Source: an uncultured Acidobacteriota bacterium | GTDB lineage: Bacteria > Acidobacteriota > Blastocatellia > RBC074 | Direction: 5' to 3' | Length of the DNA stretch: 49,136 nt | Assembly (NCBI GenBank): GCA_903828635.1 | Contig: CAIKMY010000390.1 | Span: forward strand, 1 to 49,136 | Shown here: positions 29,132-42,671 of the stretch, one piece after another | How positions within the stretch are numbered: the first letter of the stretch is position 1 | Layout of the letters: the number at the start of each line of letters is the position of its first letter | Notes under the pieces: generated by a model | Databases searched by the model: none | Told to the model about the DNA's origin: nothing | Seen by the model: only the letters and a program-made list of their open reading frames with translations | Translations under genes and position numbers: made by a program

Positions 29132-30694
29132 ATGTCAAGTCAGGCTGGAGTCCAATCACGACAGACCATCGAGATCAGCAGTCCGGCGACTCTCGAGCGG
29201 GTTGGTGAGGTGCCGGTCGATACTCAGGCAGAGGTTCAGGCCGCGGCTGAACGCGCGCGCCTTGCCCTCGCCGGCTGGCGTGAGACCCCGATTGCCGAGC
29301 GTGCGAGGGTTCTGCTGGCCGCACGCGACGCTTTCATTGCCGATCGCGAAGAGCTGATCGAGCTGATTACTCGCGAGAATGGCAAGCCGCGAATGGAGGC
29401 GCTCACCGAGTTTGCCTATGTTTGCGACATGCTCACCTTTTACCCCGGACGCGCACGGAAATTCCTCAGGCCGCACCGCATCACTCCGCACATGCTGCTC
29501 AACAAGCGGGTGACCGTCCACTATCGGCCACGCGGGATCATCGGTTTGATCACGCCGTGGAACTTTCCGCTGATCCTCACTGCCGGTGAGGCCATTCCCG
29601 CGCTGATGGCTGGCAATGCTGTCATTATCAAACCTTCCGAGTGGACTCCGCTGATTGCCCGGCGTGGCGTCGGGATCCTCAGACAAAATTTCCGCGCTCA
29701 TGGCTACCCCGAGGATCTCATCCAGATAGTCAATGGGTACGGCGAGACGGGGGCCTCTCTCATCGATGAGGTCGATATGGTCGCCTTCACCGGCAGCGTC
29801 AACACCGGACGCCGGGTTGCCGAGCGAGCTGCCAGCCGCCTGATCCCTGTCAGCCTTGAGCTTGGCGGCAAGGATCCGATGATTGTTCTGCGTGATGCCG
29901 ATATTGAACGCGCCTCCAATGCAGCTGTCTGGGGCGCTTTCACCAACTCCGGCCAGGTCTGTATCTCTGTTGAGCGCGTCTATGTCGAGGAGCCGGTCGC
30001 CGATGAATTCATTCGTCGCGTCGTCGAGAAGACCAAGGCTTTGCGGCAGGGATTTGATGGAAGCGAGCGAGACTCGGAGCGCCGCGTCGATGTTGGTGCC
30101 ATGACCTTCCCGAAACAGATCGAGACCGTCGAGTCACACGTTGCCGAGGCTCGGGATCGCGGGGCACAGATCCTCACCGGAGGCCGTCGCCATCCGGTGA
30201 TGCAGGGCCAATTTTACGAACCAACCGTGCTCACCGATGTCCAGCCCGCTATGAAGATCATGACTGAGGAGACCTTCGGCCCGGTACTGCCGATTATGCG
30301 CGTTCGTGATGAAGCCGAAGCCCTCCGTCTTGCCAATGACTCGCCCTACGGCCTCAATGCCAGCGTCTGGACCCGCAATCGTCGCCACGGCGAGGATCTC
30401 GCCGCCAGGGTCGAGGCCGGCATCACCTGCGTCAACGATGTCATCATGGGGTTTGGTGTCACTGATGCCCCCAGCGGCGGACTCAAGGAGAGCGGCATCG
30501 GCAAGCGCCACGGCGCTGAAGGCATCCGCCGTTTCTGCAATCAGCAGGTCATCGTTACCGATCGCTTCGGTGCCAGCCGCGAGCCTGTCTGGTATCCGTA
30601 CTCCGCTGGCTTCGAGCGACTCTTTGCCCGGTTGCTGGTTGTCGGGTTTTCAACCGGGATTATCAGGAAGCTGAAAGCGCTCTTCGCGCGCTAA
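29132..30694 (+). CDS. NAD(P)-dependent aldehyde dehydrogenase family protein
   Basis: Catalytic Glu motif ELGGKDP, catalytic Cys motif FTNSGQVCISVERVYV, and EETFGPVLPI. Confidence 0.9.
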   Translation: MSSQAGVQSRQTIEISSPATLERVGEVPVDTQAEVQAAAERARLALAGWRETPIAERARVLLAARDAFIADREELIELITRENGKPRMEALTEFAYVCDMLTFYPGRARKFLRPHRITPHMLLNKRVTVHYRPRGIIGLITPWNFPLILTAGEAIPALMAGNAVIIKPSEWTPLIARRGVGILRQNFRAHGYPEDLIQIVNGYGETGASLIDEVDMVAFTGSVNTGRRVAERAASRLIPVSLELGGKDPMIVLRDADIERASNAAVWGAFTNSGQVCISVERVYVEEPVADEFIRRVVEKTKALRQGFDGSERDSERRVDVGAMTFPKQIETVESHVAEARDRGAQILTGGRRHPVMQGQFYEPTVLTDVQPAMKIMTEETFGPVLPIMRVRDEAEALRLANDSPYGLNASVWTRNRRHGEDLAARVEAGITCVNDVIMGFGVTDAPSGGLKESGIGKRHGAEGIRRFCNQQVIVTDRFGASREPVWYPYSAGFERLFARLLVVGFSTGIIRKLKALFAR

Positions 30695-30712
30695 AATGGG
30701 GGAACAAGACAG

Positions 30713-31537
30713 ATGGCAGAGACGGAACAGAGCGGTAATCAATCTTCCTCCCGCTCGATTCTCAGCCGGCCGGCACCGGCGGCAGATTATCGCTTCACCT
30801 ATGGCTCGGCATCGCCACAGTTTGGCGATCTGCGATTGCCAAAGGGGCCCGGGCCCTTTGCGGTGGTCGTCGTCATTCACGGAGGCTGCTGGCGGGCCGA
30901 GTATGACCTTGAATATATGGGCCACGTCTGTGCCGATCTGACCGCCGCAGGTGTCGCCACCTGGAACATCGAGTATCGTCGTCTCGATCAGGAGGGAGGT
31001 GGCTGGCCGGGAACCTATCTCGATGTGGCAGGGGCGATCGATCATCTGCGAGTACTCGCACGGGAGCATCCACTCGATCTGAAGCGAGTAGTGGTCACCG
31101 GCCACTCGGCTGGCGGTCATCTGACCCTCTGGGCGGCGGGCAGACACAGGTTGCCTCAAAACAGCAGTCTCTCAAGGCCCGATCCGCTGCCGCTTGCGGG
31201 AGCTGTGCCGATTGCCGGCCTGACCGATCTCTCGCGGGCAGGGACTGCCTGCGATGATCAGTCACCGCTCATGCGCGGGCCGCAAGACGCGCTCTCAGAG
31301 ACTTCGCCGATTGAGATGCTGCCGCTGGGGCTTCCCGTGACCATCATTCAGGGAGAGGCTGATGAGGCGGTGCCACCAATCCAGGCAACAACTTACGTTG
31401 AGGCTGCCGTTCGCGCCGGTGACCATCCGAAGCTTGTCCTTTTTCACGATGCCGACCACTTCGTCGTCATCGATCCCCACTCCAATGTCTGGGCGCGTGT
31501 CCGATCTGAGATCCTCGCCCTTGCCGGCAAACCCTGA
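30713..31537 (+). CDS. alpha/beta hydrolase (esterase/lipase-type)
   Basis: Oxyanion-hole HGGCW and nucleophile elbow GHSAGGHL. Confidence 0.8.
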   Translation: MAETEQSGNQSSSRSILSRPAPAADYRFTYGSASPQFGDLRLPKGPGPFAVVVVIHGGCWRAEYDLEYMGHVCADLTAAGVATWNIEYRRLDQEGGGWPGTYLDVAGAIDHLRVLAREHPLDLKRVVVTGHSAGGHLTLWAAGRHRLPQNSSLSRPDPLPLAGAVPIAGLTDLSRAGTACDDQSPLMRGPQDALSETSPIEMLPLGLPVTIIQGEADEAVPPIQATTYVEAAVRAGDHPKLVLFHDADHFVVIDPHSNVWARVRSEILALAGKP

Positions 31538-31556
31538 CCACCTGAAAGGAGACCGG

Positions 31557-32849
31557 ATGAAACCGGAGAAGCCCGATACCAACCTCGAGCGCCGCTCGCT
31601 GCTTAAGTCGGCGGTCGTCGCCACCGTCGGTCTGGCGGCAAGCGACAACGCCAGCGCCGCGCCTGTTGTTGACGACGATGTCACCATCCCCGCCGAGCAG
31701 CAGGCGGCGGCCCCCCGTCGCCCCGCCGTGCGCGAGAGCGTCAAGATCACCCGCCTTGAGACCATTCTCGTCAAGCCACGCTGGCTCTTCCTCAAGATTC
31801 ATACCGATGCCGGCATCGTCGGCCTCGGCGAGCCGATTACCGAGGGACGCGCCCTGACCTGCGCCGAGGCCATTCGCGAGATCGCTCCCTACCTTGTCGG
31901 CAAGGATCCGCGCGATGTTACCCATCACTGGCAGGCGATCTATCGCCATGCCTTTTACCGTGGCGGCCCGATCCTTACCTCGGCTCTCAGCGGCATCGAT
32001 CAGGCACTCTGGGATATCAAGGGCAAACTGCTCGGTGTTCCCGTCTATGAGCTGCTCGGCGGGCCAACCCGCAAGCGCATTCGCGTCTATGCCCACGCCA
32101 GCACTCCCGAACTCGTTCGTGAAAAGCGGGCTCAGGGCTTCACTGCCTTCAAAACTGCCCCGGCCCGCCTCAATGGTCGCTATGCGCGCATCGTCGAAAA
32201 TAAAGCGTGGATCGACAACGCCGTCGCCAAATTCGCCGAACTGCGTTCCATCGTTGGTAACGAAGGCGATATCGGCATCGATTTTCACGGTGCTGTCCCG
32301 GCTGCCACCGCCAAAATTCTGATGAAGGAGCTCGAACAATTTCAGCCCTTCTTTTACGAAGAGGTCATCAACTGCCAGGATGTCAATCTCATGGCCGAGC
32401 TGGCGAAGACGACCCATATTCCAATCGCCACCGGTGAGCGCATCTTCACCAAGTGGGGCTTCCGCGAAATCCTCGAAAAGGGAGCTGCGACCATCCTCCA
32501 GCCCGACCTCTGCCACGCCGGCGGTATCAGCGAGGTCAAAATAATCGCCGGCATGGCCGAGGCCTACTATGCCTCGATCGCCCCCCACAATCCGCTCGGC
32601 CCGATCTCGCTCGCCGCCGGCCTGCAGATTGCCGCCTCGATCCCCAATTTCCTCTGCCAGGAACAGGTCAGCCTCGGCGAGGGGTATATCAAAAAGCCAT
32701 TCACCGTTCGCGACGGCTATGTTGACCTTCCTACCGGCCCCGGTCTGGGCATTGAACTCGACGAGGAGGCACTCAGGGATAAGATCGGTCACGACTGGCG
32801 CAATCCCGAGACCTATGATCCGGATGATGGCTCGGTCGTTGACTGGTAA
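31557..32849 (+). CDS. enolase-superfamily dehydratase of the D-galactonate dehydratase family, with an N-terminal twin-arginine (Tat) signal
   Basis: ATG at 31557 after AAAGGAG. ERRSLLKSAVVATVGLAASDNASA, then KITRLETILVKPRWLFLKIHTDAGIVGLGEP...ALSGIDQALWDIKGK, as in DgoD-family enzymes. Confidence 0.85.
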   Translation: MKPEKPDTNLERRSLLKSAVVATVGLAASDNASAAPVVDDDVTIPAEQQAAAPRRPAVRESVKITRLETILVKPRWLFLKIHTDAGIVGLGEPITEGRALTCAEAIREIAPYLVGKDPRDVTHHWQAIYRHAFYRGGPILTSALSGIDQALWDIKGKLLGVPVYELLGGPTRKRIRVYAHASTPELVREKRAQGFTAFKTAPARLNGRYARIVENKAWIDNAVAKFAELRSIVGNEGDIGIDFHGAVPAATAKILMKELEQFQPFFYEEVINCQDVNLMAELAKTTHIPIATGERIFTKWGFREILEKGAATILQPDLCHAGGISEVKIIAGMAEAYYASIAPHNPLGPISLAAGLQIAASIPNFLCQEQVSLGEGYIKKPFTVRDGYVDLPTGPGLGIELDEEALRDKIGHDWRNPETYDPDDGSVVDW

Positions 32850-32870
32850 AGAGTGCTGGATAGCCAGGAC

Positions 32871-32896
32871 AGGGGCCGGACGGCCCCTCTTTTTTG
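32871..32896 (+). terminator. rho-independent terminator
   Basis: aggggcc-ggac-ggcccct followed by cttttttg. Confidence 0.65.
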
Positions 32897-32926
32897 TCCG
32901 TGAGATTTACTTCAGAGAATCTGACA

Positions 32927-33463
32927 ATGGTTGAATGTCGTGAAATCGAGCCCGGTGATGCCGGGCTCATCGCCCGGCTCCACACGCTGAGCTGGGGGAA
33001 TGCTTATCGTGGAATTATCTCAGACGACTGGCTCGACAACGAGCTTGCGGCCAATCGCCGCAACTTCTGGGAGGAGCGCATGCATTCACAGCCGGAGCAC
33101 TCATTTGGTTTCATTGTCCTGGTTGACGATGATCCGGCCGGGTTTGTCTTTGCCATTCCGGGGGCCGACAGTCGCTGGGGGACGCTGATTGATAACCTGC
33201 ACATCATCCCCGGCCACAAGCGCCAGGGGCTTGGCCGGCTCCTGCTTGCCCGCTTTGCTATCCGCGCTGATGAGCTCGCTGCCGATGATGGCGTCTACCT
33301 CACCGTCTACGAGGAGAATAACTCCGCACGTCGCTTTTATGAGGCCATGGGCGGGGTGTGCAAGGAGCGCATGCTCACTGATCTTTACGACGGAGGCCGG
33401 GCGCCAATCCTGCGCTACTGCTGGGAGTCGCCGGCAGCCCTCCTCGCTGCGGTGACTCGCTGA
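32927..33463 (+). CDS. GNAT family N-acetyltransferase
   Basis: HIIPGHKRQGLGRLLL acetyl-CoA-binding motif and ARRFYEAMGG. The ATG at 32927 is preferred because the TTG at 32894 lies in the terminator T-tract. Confidence 0.75.
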   Translation: MVECREIEPGDAGLIARLHTLSWGNAYRGIISDDWLDNELAANRRNFWEERMHSQPEHSFGFIVLVDDDPAGFVFAIPGADSRWGTLIDNLHIIPGHKRQGLGRLLLARFAIRADELAADDGVYLTVYEENNSARRFYEAMGGVCKERMLTDLYDGGRAPILRYCWESPAALLAAVTR

Positions 33464-33521
33464 GTGTCGTGAGTGCCGATAGTTTTCTGGTGATGAGCGC
33501 GATGATGCCTGAGCCACCGGG

Positions 33522-36395
33522 TTACTGGCGCTGATGAGCCATGCGCCGATGGCTGCGCTCGAAATCAGCAGGCGAGTCGAGATCCTCGGGCTCACCGGTT
33601 TTGCTGATCATCCGCACCTTTGCCGGGTCAAAGAGGCGGGGATCGACCGGGTGGCAATCGTATGGCGTGAAGTCCGGCTGGTCGGTAAAGGCCTCGCGGA
33701 GGTCACTGGCCGCGGCGTCATACTGGTTGAGTGGAGGCAGCCCTGACAGGAGAGTGATGGTCTTGAAGATGCTGGCGATGCTGGTGTGGGTGCGTGTCGC
33801 CACGCCGCGTCGTGCATAAGGGCTGATCACCATCAGCAGGCTCCGATGGGCGTCGATGCTGTCGCGGCCGTCCTGGGCATCATCCTCGGTGACAAAGATG
33901 GCCATCTCCTTCCAGTATGGCGTATGCGAGAGGAACTCGACGACGCGGCCCAGTGCGAGGTCGTTGTCGGCAACGAAGGATGCCCGATAGGGATACCCAT
34001 CCTCCGGGCGCTCCTTCGTGGTATGGTCGCACGGGAGGTAGATATTGAGGAATCGCGGCATCGGCTGACCGCCATCGATGAAGCGTGCGGTAAAGTCCCG
34101 TTTGAACTGTTGCCAGCGATACTGGTCAGAGATGTTCATGTTGTAAGTCGGGAAGTCACGGGCAGTGTTCTCATAAAGTGGGCGCGGCATCGGATAGTTG
34201 ACGGGAAGCCGTGCGCCGGTCGGTTCGAAGTCGGCCTCCTCCTCGATGCCGCCAAGTTCAAATCCCTCGCCGTAGTTACGGAAGCTGAGCCCGGCACGGT
34301 GGAGATGCTCCCAGATCGAGCCGGCTTCGAGGTAGTCCTCCGGATGGATCGATGAAGAGGATCCGGTGAAGGTCAGGCGACCCGGTGATTTGTCGGTCGG
34401 GCGAAAGTCGCGATGGCCACCATAGGCTGCGGCGAGGCTCGTCTCGACCCAGGCGTTGGGATAGACCCCGACCAGCCAGCGATGGCCGTCAGCCGAGACA
34501 TCCGAATCGAGGTAAAAGTTATCACTGAAGGCGAACCTCCGCGCGAGGGCGAGGTGGTTCGGCACGACGTTGACTTCGCGCAATACCGGCCGGTTGTTGC
34601 GATCATAGATTGTCGCCCGCTCGCCATATCCGGCCAGCGTCGGCTCGCCGCGCAGTCGTCTCCCCGTCGCGTCCCGCTCCAGCGTCCCGAAGATCTGATC
34701 GTAGGTTCGATTCTCCTTGGTGATGAAGACGACATAACGGATCTGCCGGCTCGCCACGCCATACTCTGCCGGCACGACGCTCGTGTCGATCGGCCGTCTG
34801 GTGAAGTCGAAACCGTTGTTGCTGATTACCTGGTGCGTCTCGGCGGCAAGGTCGCGATCGGCCGGGATCGGGATGATCGAGACTACCCCCTTCTGCAGCG
34901 CTCCGACGAAACTACCCTCCGGACCGGGGCGAAAATTCGGCCCGCCATTCGGGCCCGATCCGTAACCCTTGGCACCCGCAACATAGAGGCTGCGACCGTC
35001 TTCGCTGACGGCGACCTGCGAGGGAAACCACGTCGTCGGTATGTGGCCGAGCACTCTTGATGACACCGTGTCGATGACGGCGACGGCATTGATGCCGGCC
35101 TCGGCGACATAAAGCCTCCGTTCGTCACGACTGAGCGCCAGCCCGAACGGGATCTGCCCTCGCAGCCGCGAAAGCATGCGCCCCTGAGCTGCACTGATCG
35201 CCTCGCCCCGCCGCCGATGGCCCGCAATCACCTCGTTGAACAGATTGAGCTCGATCGTTGCCACTACCCGGTCGGTCCGCGCATCAATCACCGTCACACT
35301 GTCGTTGTTGGCATTGCTGACATAAACAAAGCTTTTTCCCGCGACCACCCCGCTCGGACTGCTTGCTCCGACCGCGCTCAGCCCGGCAGTCACCTCCCCG
35401 ATCAGCCGACCCGTCCTGGTGCGTGCCGTCGTCCTCAGGTCACCGCTATCCCCAACCTCATACGTCCAGACCGAGGCCGCATCCGGGTGGTTTGGATCTC
35501 CCAGCCCCGGCACCCTCTTCCCCTCGACCGTTACCCCCTCCTCCGCCTCCTTCGAGGGAAAGCCAAATGGCGGGAATGTCAGCCCCGTCTTCCCCGGATT
35601 CTTCGGATCATACCCGCCGACCAGCGAGTAGCGAAAAAGACCTGCATTGGTCACATAAAGCCGTCGCTCGTCCGGCGACAATGCAATTGAGAATGGCGCC
35701 CTGCCCGTCGGAACACTCCCGATCACCTCGCGCCGCCCGGTGTCGATTGTCACCACACGGTAGTTTGCCTGATCCAGCACAAAGAGCCGCCTTCCATCGC
35801 GACTCAGCGCCAGTGCCCCGGAGAAGCTGTCACGCAGACCCTCCCGCAGACCCTTCTGGTTGATACCGATCGTGGCTATCCGTCGTCGCTGCGCCAGATC
35901 AAAGACGAAGACCGATCCCTGATTCCCTCCCGACGCATAGAGCGTTCGATTGTCCGGCGCAATCGCCACTCCCATAAAGGCTGTCCGGAATTCGTCGTCA
36001 TCCTCGTCGGCGACCTTCTTACCCCGGTACCTCTCGCGGTCAGCAATAATCTGCTCAAGCACCGGCTCTCCCTCACTGCTCCCGCTGAAGCCGCTGATAA
36101 TCGATATCGCGAAGGGCTCCGTCCCATTGCACGAGGCGACCAGCGTCCGCCCGTCAGGGCTCAGCGCCAGTCCATAAGGATGCGCCGCAACTCTCACCTG
36201 TCTTCCGCGCGGCGTTAATACCCGCCCATTGGGCAGCACCGGCCCCGCTGGTGAATTGGTCGCTATCCTCTCACCCGCCGGTGCCATCAGCGACCCAAGC
36301 GTCACCGTCTTCAGTCGTGCCCCGGCAAAGAGCAGCAACAGCGGCAACAAAACCAGAATGTATCGCCTTACCATTTCGTTATTCTCTGGAAACAA
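33522..36395 (-). CDS. secreted fusion of a YVTN/YncE-type beta-propeller with a phosphoesterase (PlcC/AcpA phospholipase C / acid phosphatase) family domain
   Basis: N-terminal signal, then repeated ...PDG(R)(T/R)L(Y/F)V... blades. C-terminal IRYVVFITKENRTYDQIFG phosphoesterase signature. Confidence 0.82.
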   Translation of the reverse strand: MFPENNEMVRRYILVLLPLLLLFAGARLKTVTLGSLMAPAGERIATNSPAGPVLPNGRVLTPRGRQVRVAAHPYGLALSPDGRTLVASCNGTEPFAISIISGFSGSSEGEPVLEQIIADRERYRGKKVADEDDDEFRTAFMGVAIAPDNRTLYASGGNQGSVFVFDLAQRRRIATIGINQKGLREGLRDSFSGALALSRDGRRLFVLDQANYRVVTIDTGRREVIGSVPTGRAPFSIALSPDERRLYVTNAGLFRYSLVGGYDPKNPGKTGLTFPPFGFPSKEAEEGVTVEGKRVPGLGDPNHPDAASVWTYEVGDSGDLRTTARTRTGRLIGEVTAGLSAVGASSPSGVVAGKSFVYVSNANNDSVTVIDARTDRVVATIELNLFNEVIAGHRRRGEAISAAQGRMLSRLRGQIPFGLALSRDERRLYVAEAGINAVAVIDTVSSRVLGHIPTTWFPSQVAVSEDGRSLYVAGAKGYGSGPNGGPNFRPGPEGSFVGALQKGVVSIIPIPADRDLAAETHQVISNNGFDFTRRPIDTSVVPAEYGVASRQIRYVVFITKENRTYDQIFGTLERDATGRRLRGEPTLAGYGERATIYDRNNRPVLREVNVVPNHLALARRFAFSDNFYLDSDVSADGHRWLVGVYPNAWVETSLAAAYGGHRDFRPTDKSPGRLTFTGSSSSIHPEDYLEAGSIWEHLHRAGLSFRNYGEGFELGGIEEEADFEPTGARLPVNYPMPRPLYENTARDFPTYNMNISDQYRWQQFKRDFTARFIDGGQPMPRFLNIYLPCDHTTKERPEDGYPYRASFVADNDLALGRVVEFLSHTPYWKEMAIFVTEDDAQDGRDSIDAHRSLLMVISPYARRGVATRTHTSIASIFKTITLLSGLPPLNQYDAAASDLREAFTDQPDFTPYDCHPVDPRLFDPAKVRMISKTGEPEDLDSPADFERSHRRMAHQRQ

Positions 36396-36511
36396 GATCC
36401 CGTTGAGACTGCAAGGCCGGGCAGATCCCGGACGGCCCTATTGTGACCAAAAACAGGATTTAAGCAAGTAATGGCTGATTACTGAAGAATCACCCTGAAC
36501 CGGTGTTCTGC

Positions 36512-36540
36512 TTGACAGTACCCCATCCGGGATAAATAAT
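36512..36540 (+). promoter_or_regulatory. candidate promoter TTGACA-N17-AATAAT upstream of the TonB-dependent receptor (~235-nt leader)
   Basis: Hexamers at 36512-36517 and 36535-36540. Sequence match only. Confidence 0.25.
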
Positions 36541-36774
36541 TATTCCTGCCATTCAAAAGAGATTCTCCGGTCAGAAGACGAGTCGTACTGCTCGAACTTC
36601 AGGCTGCTCAATTAAGATCCGGGATTGGCGCCGCTGGGACGATCAAACAAATATACGACAATTGCTTTCTTCCATTGCTACTGACGGGCGTTGAGGTCTG
36701 TGCAGGCGTGTCTTGTGCGATCGGTGGCGCAAATATCATTCAATATCAAAAAACATGGATTGAGGAGAAAGTAC

Positions 36775-40494
<3,720 letters not shown>

Positions 40495-40496
40495 AT

Positions 40497-40520
40497 CCGG
40501 TCTGAGAGCCGGTCTGAGAG
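40497..40520 (+). repeat. 12-bp tandem duplication ccggtctgagag x2
   Basis: Exact copies at 40497-40508 and 40509-40520, between the receptor stop and its terminator. Confidence 0.95.
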
Positions 40521-40523
40521 GCT

Positions 40524-40566
40524 GGGGAGTTGCGGGGCCGATGGCTCCGCGGCTCCCCGGTTTTTA
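40524..40566 (+). terminator. rho-independent terminator after the TonB-dependent receptor
   Basis: ggggagttgcgg (40524-40535) pairs with ccgcggctcccc (40547-40558) with two G:U pairs, followed by ggtttttatt. Confidence 0.7.
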
Positions 40567-40568
40567 TT

Positions 40569-41534
40569 ATGCCAGCGACAATTCTGACAATCATCATTTC
40601 CACTCTGCTTTGGCAGGGAGGGATCACTGTCTTCGGCAGAGTCTACCAGCCAGGGGGACAGTCGGCGGTGCGGGCAAAGGTAAAGATCGAGATCGTCAAC
40701 GGTTTTTCACGAGAGATCTGGAGCGACGATCAGGGAAACTTTGAGTTTCGTGGGATTCCGGCGGGGCGCTATCGGTTGTCAGCGACCAATCCGGAGGCGG
40801 CAGAGCAGTTTTCAGAGCCGGCGGAGTCAGACTCGACGCGGAGTTTTGCCAACCGGCTGCAGGTCAATCTCTATTTGCGACTGCCGGTGAAGGTCGGGCC
40901 GGGGCCGGCTCCGCCGGGAACGATCAGCGTCGAGGAGTCCGCGCAGCGAGTGCCCGGGGCAGCACGCAAGGCACTGGAACAGGGGAGGCGCCTGCTGGCT
41001 GACAATCGCAGTGACGAGGCGCTGGCGCAGTTCGATCGGGCAATTGATGCCTATCCCGACTATTACCAGGCGCTGACCGAGCGAGCCAATCTGCTGGTGG
41101 AGCGCAGTCGTCTCGATGAGGCCTCGAATGATTTCGAGCGGGCACTCCGGTTGAATGGAAAGTATGCGCCGGCCCTGCGCGGTTATGGCTACTGCCTGAT
41201 CCAGCAGGGACGATTTGCGGCGGCGCTGGCCCCGCTCGAACAGTCATACGCGCTGGCCTCAGATGTGCCGCTGACACTGCTGCTGCTGGGTTATGCCAAT
41301 CTCTCACTCGGACGGAAGGATCCCGCACGCCAATGCCTGCTGGAGTCGCTGCGGCTCGATGAGAAGGGAGCGGCGCGTGCGCATGTCTATCTGGGCGAGA
41401 TTCTCGCCGGTGAGGGGAAATTTGCCCCTGCAGCGGATGAACTGGAGCGTTATTTGAGGCTCAAGCCGGGAGCGGCCGATGCCGGGCCGCTGCGCCAGCG
41501 GCAGGCAGAGTGGCGCGAGCGCGCCGGGAAGTGA
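40569..41534 (+). CDS. carboxypeptidase-regulatory-like domain plus TPR repeat protein
   Basis: GRVYQPGGQSAVRAKVKIEI...GNFEFRGIPAGRYRLSA, then TPR-like AxxxFxxAlxxxPxy units. The ATG at 40569 is preferred because the TTG at 40530 lies inside the terminator hairpin. Confidence 0.72.
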   Translation: MPATILTIIISTLLWQGGITVFGRVYQPGGQSAVRAKVKIEIVNGFSREIWSDDQGNFEFRGIPAGRYRLSATNPEAAEQFSEPAESDSTRSFANRLQVNLYLRLPVKVGPGPAPPGTISVEESAQRVPGAARKALEQGRRLLADNRSDEALAQFDRAIDAYPDYYQALTERANLLVERSRLDEASNDFERALRLNGKYAPALRGYGYCLIQQGRFAAALAPLEQSYALASDVPLTLLLLGYANLSLGRKDPARQCLLESLRLDEKGAARAHVYLGEILAGEGKFAPAADELERYLRLKPGAADAGPLRQRQAEWRERAGK

Positions 41535-41538
41535 TTCG

Positions 41539-42669
41539 ATGATCTTTTTGTCGCTTCTGTTAATGATGATATCAATGGTGCAGGTACCCGCCCAGCCACC
41601 ATCAAGGTCGGGGGAGAATCTGGTAGCGCGGTTCAATCGTGCCGTCGAATTGCAGCAGCGTGGCAATCTGGCCGAGGCGGTGGCTGAGTACCGACTGGTC
41701 ATCAGGCGCAAGCCCGACTACCTCGAAGCTCATGCCAACCTCGGTGTCGTGCTTGCGCGGCTGGGGCGCTATGCCGAAGCGGTTAACGCCTATGAGTCGG
41801 CCCTCCGACTGGCCCCGGCAATGGTGCCGATCAGGTTCAACCTTGCGATTGCTCACTACCGGGCGGGGCAGCACCCAAAGGCGATCATCGTCCTCGATCA
41901 GGTACTGCGGGAGCAACCAAATGCACTGCCAGCACGGCAGCTTCAGGGACTCGCGCTCTCGGCGCTCGGGCGGGATGAGGAGGCGATTGCACGACTTGCC
42001 CCGACGATTGACCAGGGTCCGCCCGATGCGGCGGTTCTCTACAGCCTCGGACTTGCCTACCTTCGCCTCGGGAGGGCCGGATTTCGCGATATCCTTCAAA
42101 GACTGGCCGCGCTGCCTGCCGGTAAGCCGGCACTTCACCTCCTCCAGGGCCAGGCGTTTCTGCGCGACCGTGACTATGAGCAGGCTCTGGAAGAGCTGCG
42201 CGCCGCTGCCACTCTCAGCGAGGACCTGCCGCGCCTCCACTTCTCGCTTGGTGTTGCCCACTCGATGCTCGGGCAGAACCGCGACGCCCTCGCTGCCCTC
42301 CGTGTCGCCGTCGCTCGTAACCCGCTCGATACCCCCGCCTGGTATTACCTTGCCGATGCCTGTGAAAAGGATGGCAACCTTGCCGAGGCCACGCAGTTTG
42401 TTGGCAAATCGCTGGCGCTCGATCCGCAGTCGCCTGACTCCAACGGCCTGCTCGGACGCATTCTCCTCAAGCAGGGCCGCCTTGCCGAGGCCGTCACACG
42501 CCTGGAATTTGCCGTCGCTGCCAAAAAGTCTGATCAGGAATTGCGTTATGCTCTTGCCCGCGCTTACCAGCAACTCGGTCGCCGCGACGATGCTGCCCGC
42601 GAGTTTGCCGAGGTTCGCCGGCTCAAGGAGGAACAGCTCAGAAAGGATCGCGAGGTTACTCCGAAATAG
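41539..42669 (+). CDS. TPR repeat protein, secreted
   Basis: Signal-like MIFLSLLLMMISMVQVPAQ, then about 9 TPR units (e.g. AEAVAEYRLVIRRKPDYLEAHANLGVVL). Confidence 0.8.
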   Translation: MIFLSLLLMMISMVQVPAQPPSRSGENLVARFNRAVELQQRGNLAEAVAEYRLVIRRKPDYLEAHANLGVVLARLGRYAEAVNAYESALRLAPAMVPIRFNLAIAHYRAGQHPKAIIVLDQVLREQPNALPARQLQGLALSALGRDEEAIARLAPTIDQGPPDAAVLYSLGLAYLRLGRAGFRDILQRLAALPAGKPALHLLQGQAFLRDRDYEQALEELRAAATLSEDLPRLHFSLGVAHSMLGQNRDALAALRVAVARNPLDTPAWYYLADACEKDGNLAEATQFVGKSLALDPQSPDSNGLLGRILLKQGRLAEAVTRLEFAVAAKKSDQELRYALARAYQQLGRRDDAAREFAEVRRLKEEQLRKDREVTPK

Positions 42670-42671
42670 CT

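Noticed and set aside
36541-36774. Riboswitch (for example cobalamin) in the ~235-nt leader of the TonB-dependent receptor
   Set aside because: I could not find a B12-box or other riboswitch core motif that I recognise. Only an Infernal/Rfam scan could settle it.
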